From an uncultured virus (IMG/VR IMGVR_UViG_3300042898_001532) (Duplodnaviria > Heunggongvirae > Uroviricota > Caudoviricetes): DNA of 64,000 nucleotides. This document shows, in pieces, positions 58,718 through 64,000 of this stretch; within the stretch, counting starts at the first letter, position 1; each line of letters begins with the position of its first letter. The notes beneath the pieces are model-generated. The model did no database searches and was not told where the DNA came from. It worked only from the letters and a program-made list of their open reading frames with translations. The DNA lies in the IMG/VR virus record IMGVR_UViG_3300042898_001532, positions 1 through 64,000 of that record, one strand, 5' to 3'. The position numbers and the translations under genes are program-made.

Positions 58718-59074
58718 TTAGAATACGTTAGGTGTATCGTTATTGTTATTGATATAGTTTAAGTAAGTTTTGTTCGGTCCGTAACCTTTAGGTCCTAAAG
58801 TAGTATCGTATTTTGCTTCATTACTAGCAATTAGTTGATTTCTACCACTACCAGGATAAATAGGATTACCTTTGATGTCGATTTCATTACCACCTTTGAC
58901 TGTGTTTAACTGATCGCTATTACCACCAGTACCCCTACCTTTGTTGTCTCCATCAGATAATGCGTTAGGGTGTGTCTCACCATATTTTTTACCATCACTA
59001 TTTAAATAAGTGTTTTTAATTACATTCTCAACTCTAAATTGATCCCCTAATTCCGATAATTTTGTTTTGTTCAT
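58718..59074 (-). CDS. Hypothetical protein
   Basis: G/N-rich, with HPNALSDGD.KGRG. Confidence 0.65.
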   Translation of the reverse strand: MNKTKLSELGDQFRVENVIKNTYLNSDGKKYGETHPNALSDGDNKGRGTGGNSDQLNTVKGGNEIDIKGNPIYPGSGRNQLIASNEAKYDTTLGPKGYGPNKTYLNYINNNNDTPNVF

Positions 59075-59079
59075 AATTT

Positions 59080-59646
59080 TTATATTTTAGATTCGTATAT
59101 TATTAAATTTTTAATTCTTTTAACCTCTTCTGTCATACCCATTGGTTCGTATATTGGTTTACCTCTTTTAATTTGTCCCGATATATCTTTCGCCATATTA
59201 GGTATTGAAAAAGTAGATTTATTTCTAATACTATTATTATTATCTTTTTCGTGATTTTTAATAAATTGATTAGTTAAACCAGTATCGTTTTTTATTTTCT
59301 TTGGTGCTTTTATCGCCTCCCTTTCTCTGTTTAAAGTACCATCTATCCAATTGTGCATTGTCTTACCACCATGTAATTTATACTCAATATCGTTGTGATC
59401 ACCGTCAAAGTTATCAAACCAACTTTTAATAGTTTTCATATGGTTATATTTTAAATTATTATCTTCTAAAATACTCTTCGCCCTTTTATAACCTTCAGTA
59501 GTATTATTAGATTTAATATTTTCTTTCTGTAAAGTTTCATACGTCTTAACTGCGTTACGTATTTCGTTAAGGGCGTAATCAGGTACTCTCCAAGATTTAC
59601 CTTTTAATTTACTATTACCACCTTTATTCTCCTTTCTCTTCGCCAT
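59080..59646 (-). CDS. Basic hypothetical protein
   Basis: C-terminal EEVKRIKNLI helix. Confidence 0.7.
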   Translation of the reverse strand: MAKRKENKGGNSKLKGKSWRVPDYALNEIRNAVKTYETLQKENIKSNNTTEGYKRAKSILEDNNLKYNHMKTIKSWFDNFDGDHNDIEYKLHGGKTMHNWIDGTLNREREAIKAPKKIKNDTGLTNQFIKNHEKDNNNSIRNKSTFSIPNMAKDISGQIKRGKPIYEPMGMTEEVKRIKNLIIYESKI

Positions 59647-60520
59647 ATTTCAATTTGTCCCCGATAAGTTCTCTATATCTCTCATCCATACTATAAATAT
59701 CTACATTACTAATAAGGTGATTTAAAACTATAGATAATTCATCACCTTTTAAATTTTCTTTCTTAATTAAATCTAAAAGACTATTTAATTTACGAATAAC
59801 CATAGGTTTTTCATGTACATCTTTTAATTCAGACACATCGGGTATTCTAATCTCATCACCCACAATATCTTGTTCTCTCATTTTTTTTACAAAATCATTA
59901 GAAGAATTTTTTTTTCTCAACATAATTTCATCCACCAAAGACTTCATATTTTCCTCACCCTCAAATAAATCAAAATCAAATTTTGTGTCATAATCTAAAG
60001 AATGTCCTCTCCACTTATCTACAGGTAAATCATCATATATTGGATCGGCGGGTTTATTATACTGTGATCTAATATCTCTATCCGATAACTTTCTAGAGTC
60101 TCTTATTTTTTTATCTTCAATATCTCTACCATATTTTTTTGTTGGTACTACATTTAATTCGTCATAGTAATCATTTTCTTCATTATCTAAATCTACGATA
60201 TCACCATCAAAAACTTCAAACTCATTATAATTATCATCTTCGTCACCATAAACATCTAAATCAAACATATCATCCTCTTCATTAACCACATAAGAGTAAT
60301 TTACCCCGTAATAAGGTCCTCCATATATAAAATATGCTTCAGGTCCTTGTGTAGAATTTCGTACAAAGTCATCTGAAGTTTTTTTAGATTTGATATGGTT
60401 TCTATTTTGTACATAATTATTAGTCGCACTTATCATTGAACCATTTTTATTGACTAATTCTTGAATACTATTAGATTTCATATATTTACTAATATCAGAT
60501 TTCTTAAAAGTTTTTTTCAT
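59624..60520 (-). CDS. Acidic hypothetical protein, putative head protein
   Basis: Late motif upstream; acidic core. Confidence 0.7.
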   Translation of the reverse strand: MKKTFKKSDISKYMKSNSIQELVNKNGSMISATNNYVQNRNHIKSKKTSDDFVRNSTQGPEAYFIYGGPYYGVNYSYVVNEEDDMFDLDVYGDEDDNYNEFEVFDGDIVDLDNEENDYYDELNVVPTKKYGRDIEDKKIRDSRKLSDRDIRSQYNKPADPIYDDLPVDKWRGHSLDYDTKFDFDLFEGEENMKSLVDEIMLRKKNSSNDFVKKMREQDIVGDEIRIPDVSELKDVHEKPMVIRKLNSLLDLIKKENLKGDELSIVLNHLISNVDIYSMDERYRELIGDKLKYGEEKGE

Positions 60521-60580
60521 AATAAAAGTTTTATTATATAAATATAACAGAAATCTAAATATTTATTTTAAAATGGAGAT

Positions 60581-61573
60581 ATGTCAATAAATAAATTTAC
60601 TACATTACAAGATTTAGCAAGACAGGCAAAAATATTAAGTGGTGAAACTGCCACTTTTGATGGTAAGATTCAGGTTGGCGTCCCATTCAGTGGGTATCCG
60701 ACAGGTGTAGACACAGGAACAACAGTGTCTTTAGGTATTGTTTCTTCTGAAAATGCGGTATTTAGCGGTAATGTACTAACATCTATTTTTGATGTGTCTA
60801 ACACTGGTTCAACAAACTATAGCCCCATATTTAGTGGATATTCTGGAAGTGTATGGACAAATACATTGTTTAGTGGTAACACATCAGGTTTAACATTACC
60901 TATCACACCATTAAGTGCGGATACACAAATAGTTGGACCTTTTTGGTATTTAACCCAAACAGGAATGACGGGAGATTATGTTATCGGTACTCAATACACG
61001 GGATATAGTGTTACATATTCATTTTTTAATGTTACCCAAATAGGTACAGGATTAACATACTCAGGTTTTACATCCGCATCTCAAGAAAACTTTTCTGCCG
61101 GTACGTTAGATTATAAAGGTCCTTTAGATTACATTTCCTCAAAAGAAGATGCATCGGTAGAGGGAAGATTAACTACAAATAATATAACTATTAGTAATGG
61201 GGCATCCGCATCTACGATAGGGTATGTTTTGACACAAACTAATGAAAATGGGGCAGGGGAATGGTTACCCAATAGAAGAACTACTACAGTAAATGCCGTT
61301 ACCAACCCGGTCGTTAATGATGTAGAGGTTGTGTTTTATGGTTCTTCTAGTTCAGGTGGGACAATAACCTTTAATAGTGATATGATTGTATCGGGTAAAG
61401 AAGTAATATTAATTAGGGTATCGACAACTAATGTCGCCGGTATTGCGAGTGCAGGCGGGGCGTTGATAAACGGTAGCGTGAATCCAGTTGCCCTACCCAC
61501 CTCACTTTATTCCACAGTGTCCTGTATAAGTGATGGTACTAACTGGTACTGTAGTAGTGGAACAACAATTTAA
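60581..61573 (+). CDS. Ser/Thr/Gly-rich virion surface or fibre protein
   Basis: GYVLT....G.GEW fibre-like motif, C-terminal SDGTNWY beta domain, many [ST]GxT motifs. Confidence 0.7.
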   Translation: MSINKFTTLQDLARQAKILSGETATFDGKIQVGVPFSGYPTGVDTGTTVSLGIVSSENAVFSGNVLTSIFDVSNTGSTNYSPIFSGYSGSVWTNTLFSGNTSGLTLPITPLSADTQIVGPFWYLTQTGMTGDYVIGTQYTGYSVTYSFFNVTQIGTGLTYSGFTSASQENFSAGTLDYKGPLDYISSKEDASVEGRLTTNNITISNGASASTIGYVLTQTNENGAGEWLPNRRTTTVNAVTNPVVNDVEVVFYGSSSSGGTITFNSDMIVSGKEVILIRVSTTNVAGIASAGGALINGSVNPVALPTSLYSTVSCISDGTNWYCSSGTTI

Positions 61574-61575
61574 AT

Positions 61576-63225
61576 ATGAGTAACATATACCAACATAATT
61601 TCGACAATTGTATGAAAATGAGATTAAGTAATAGTGATTACTGGGACTTATTTCTTTGTAACAATTGTACAGATGAACAAAATAATAATCAAATATTAGA
61701 TGATTGTATATTAGTAGATATCGATATTAACAACGATAATTCTTTTTCCGGCAATACATTATATAGTTTAACAACATGGACAGGTGCAACAATTAATGGT
61801 AGTGGTATAACTTTAAATGATATTGGGTTAACTGGAATTGATAATGGTTTTATTTTATATGATTGTACAGGATCAACAAGTGGACAAACTTTCTTATCTG
61901 CGTTCACAGGATCAACCTTATCGTTAACATCCGGAGATACAAGATTCTCTATGTCTAGAGTTACTGGATGTACTTATGAATACCCAATAGAAATATTATC
62001 AGGATTGACAGAAGGTAGATACGCTAATTTATGTGGTGGATTCTATCAAGGTTTCTTTAAGTTATCAGATAAAACATATTTCGAAGAAATAACAGATAAT
62101 AAATTTACTTGGCCCTTAGAATGGTTTAATTGCCCACCTGTGTGTACAGGTGATACAACAGTACCATCGGGACAAACATGTGACTTAAACCCTAATTTGG
62201 CGTACCAATGTTATAATGATGGAAAACCTATTCCTTACAACTACGAAATACTTCCTAAAAGATTAGGTGGTATGGGTGGTGAACTTAAAACGTGTTTAGA
62301 TGGATGGACTGCCACATTTATGTTAAATAAAAGTTCTGAATCTTGTACGGGTAATACATTAAATAATTTGTACCCTAATAATAAAGGTTTCTTCTTTTAT
62401 ATGGGTACTAGATCAGAAAATAAGTTTTGGGATTTATTTAGTGGTGAAACAGGGTATACAACCTCATCAGGTTATCCTTTACCACCACCAAAAGTAACTA
62501 CAACTGAATTAAATAATAACCCATTCTTAGTTTATCAACCCGCAGGATGTTGTTGTTTTACTGGGATAACAACAGAAACAACACAAGAAAAAGATCGGAA
62601 TATAGATTTGTTAGATAACGCATTAGGATTTTTAATTAAAGATGATGGTAGTATTGGTTTTAGGAGAGTAAATTTAACGAGTATATGTTCTGCAGTTACA
62701 GAAACTTATACCGTTGATTGTAACGAACAGTGTGGTTGTGGATGTAGTAGTGAAGATGGAATAAAGACAGGTATTACTACAACCACAAAATATTTGACTG
62801 GTTTAACCATAAATGAATGTTACAGTGATATTAATTTAATTAATGAAGATGAATGGACACATGTCACCATTAGATTTAAACCTTATGAATCATACGAAGA
62901 TTGTAAATTAAATTTTATTCCTCAAAGGAAGGGAACATTAACAGTTTATATAAATGGTTTTCTTAAATGGAAGTTAGATGATTTTGATGAATTTATTTTT
63001 AAAGAACTTGACGAACATAGAGAAAAACAACAGGGTGTACCGTTTAACTATAGTTTAGGTGGTGGTACACAAGGGTTGATAGAAAGTAATACGGTAAATG
63101 GTCCAGATGTGAAAGATAGAAGTTTGTTTTTAGAACAAAATTTTAGTGGTACCTTTGAGGGGGGTATTTCCACATTTAAACTTTATGGCTGTAGTTTAGA
63201 TGTAACAACCATAAGAGATGAATAA
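61576..63225 (+). CDS. Cys-rich putative virion protein with a C-terminal LamG/ConA-like region
   Basis: WTHVTIRF...LTVYING...F.G.I..FKLY; 17 [ST]GxT motifs. Confidence 0.65.
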   Translation: MSNIYQHNFDNCMKMRLSNSDYWDLFLCNNCTDEQNNNQILDDCILVDIDINNDNSFSGNTLYSLTTWTGATINGSGITLNDIGLTGIDNGFILYDCTGSTSGQTFLSAFTGSTLSLTSGDTRFSMSRVTGCTYEYPIEILSGLTEGRYANLCGGFYQGFFKLSDKTYFEEITDNKFTWPLEWFNCPPVCTGDTTVPSGQTCDLNPNLAYQCYNDGKPIPYNYEILPKRLGGMGGELKTCLDGWTATFMLNKSSESCTGNTLNNLYPNNKGFFFYMGTRSENKFWDLFSGETGYTTSSGYPLPPPKVTTTELNNNPFLVYQPAGCCCFTGITTETTQEKDRNIDLLDNALGFLIKDDGSIGFRRVNLTSICSAVTETYTVDCNEQCGCGCSSEDGIKTGITTTTKYLTGLTINECYSDINLINEDEWTHVTIRFKPYESYEDCKLNFIPQRKGTLTVYINGFLKWKLDDFDEFIFKELDEHREKQQGVPFNYSLGGGTQGLIESNTVNGPDVKDRSLFLEQNFSGTFEGGISTFKLYGCSLDVTTIRDE

Positions 63226-63356
63226 GCAACTTATATTTCTAGTTTTGGTTTGGATACTTATGAGCCACCTATTATTTTAGAGGAGGATATTCAACTAAAT
63301 ATTAAATAAGTCTGAGAAATATTTAATATTTTAATATATTTATAAATAAAATACAC

Positions 63357-63725
63357 ATGGAATTTTTTATAAACAAAAATAGTACATTACCAAAACTAAA
63401 AATGGAATTAGTTAATGACGGTAGAAATGATTTTCGTAATTTTTATGAAAAAATACAAAATGCTACTATAACTTTTACTATGTATGATGTAGATACAAAA
63501 GTTAAAAGAATTGCATGTTCTGCATCGAATTTAGAAATGTTAATTTCTAATAACTGTGAAAATACAGAAACACCAACATATATAATATCTTACCAATTTA
63601 CAGAATTACAAACTAGTAGAGTAGGTAGATATAATGGTTATTTTACCATAACGTTTTTAGATGGGACAGGTACTCTAATTGCGCCGATTAGAGATGAACT
63701 TTATATTAATGTCCTAAATAATTGA
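63357..63725 (+). CDS. Putative baseplate/Ig-like structural protein
   Basis: FFINKNSTLP.L...YQF...T...G.Y.G.F.I.F. Confidence 0.5.
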   Translation: MEFFINKNSTLPKLKMELVNDGRNDFRNFYEKIQNATITFTMYDVDTKVKRIACSASNLEMLISNNCENTETPTYIISYQFTELQTSRVGRYNGYFTITFLDGTGTLIAPIRDELYINVLNN

Positions 63726-63752
63726 TAAATCAAAATATTTTTTTTATATTTG
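63722..63752 (+). promoter_or_regulatory. Bacteroidota-type promoter
   Basis: TTG 63722-63724, 20-nt spacer, TATATTTG 63745-63752. Confidence 0.65.
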
Positions 63753-63778
63753 TATGCAAAATACAATAACAAAATAAT

Positions 63779-64000
63779 ATGCCTGCATCCGTAGAAGAAA
63801 TAAGAGAATATTTAGAAGGATATGATGAACAAAAATATATTGTGGGGATTGAATCTTCTTACAGAGACAACAAAATTCATTTAATAGTTCACGACCCTGA
63901 GAATGGTAAATCTATTGAAAAACATAGACTTAAACCATTCCTATGGATGAAATCGCCAGATATGACTATATTTTATGGTGGTGATAGGAGAACATTAAAA
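63779..64000 (+). CDS. Partial CDS, possibly the N-terminus of a family-B DNA polymerase
   Basis: Open to the window end: MPASVEEIREYLEGYDEQKYIVGIE...HDPENGK...LKPFLWMK; catalytic motifs are not within the window. Confidence 0.45.
   Translation, partial: MPASVEEIREYLEGYDEQKYIVGIESSYRDNKIHLIVHDPENGKSIEKHRLKPFLWMKSPDMTIFYGGDRRTLK

Noticed and set aside
1..64000. Genome-wide TAG/TGA recoding as in some large Bacteroidota phages
   Set aside because: Core genes are full-length in the standard code; terminase, portal and protease end at TAG at sensible positions
1..64000. tRNA/rRNA genes, integrase, transposase
   Set aside because: None recognisable by eye; a tRNAscan-SE or HMM search would be needed to exclude them formally

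Overview
AT-rich 64-kb segment of a large (jumbo-type) T4-like tailed phage. The host is probably Bacteroidota: there are TTTG-N20-TAnnTTTG promoters and A-rich leaders without Shine-Dalgarno sites. The standard genetic code applies. Layout: (i) 0.1-2.9 kb accessory genes under host-type promoters (DNA methyltransferase, Hsp20, KTSC protein). (ii) 2.9-24 kb head module on the + strand: acidic putative internal-head proteins, then terminase large subunit (LAGLIDADG intein ending in Gln), portal, prohead protease (second LAGLIDADG intein), scaffold and major capsid protein. (iii) 24-30 kb minus-strand structural genes including a gp5-like spike, plus a gp55-like late sigma factor. (iv) 30-57.6 kb, a ~27-kb glycan-biosynthesis island: gmd/fcl, a possible ketose-nucleotide module and about 15 glycosyltransferases (GT2/4/8/10/11/25/32/47/61-like), interleaved with PhoH, dUTPase and degenerate HAD/HD proteins. 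(v) 57.8-64 kb more virion genes and the start of a probable family-B DNA polymerase. The most notable patterns are a recurrent [S/T]-G-x-T motif in surface proteins (candidate sequon for phage-encoded virion glycosylation), a shared leader or helix on putative head-cargo proteins, an ATATTTAT late-promoter motif, a three-hairpin intergenic RNA, an inverted-repeat-flanked gene, and an endonuclease remnant interrupted by a hairpin with an in-frame TAG. All family calls come from motif recognition by eye; no searches were run.
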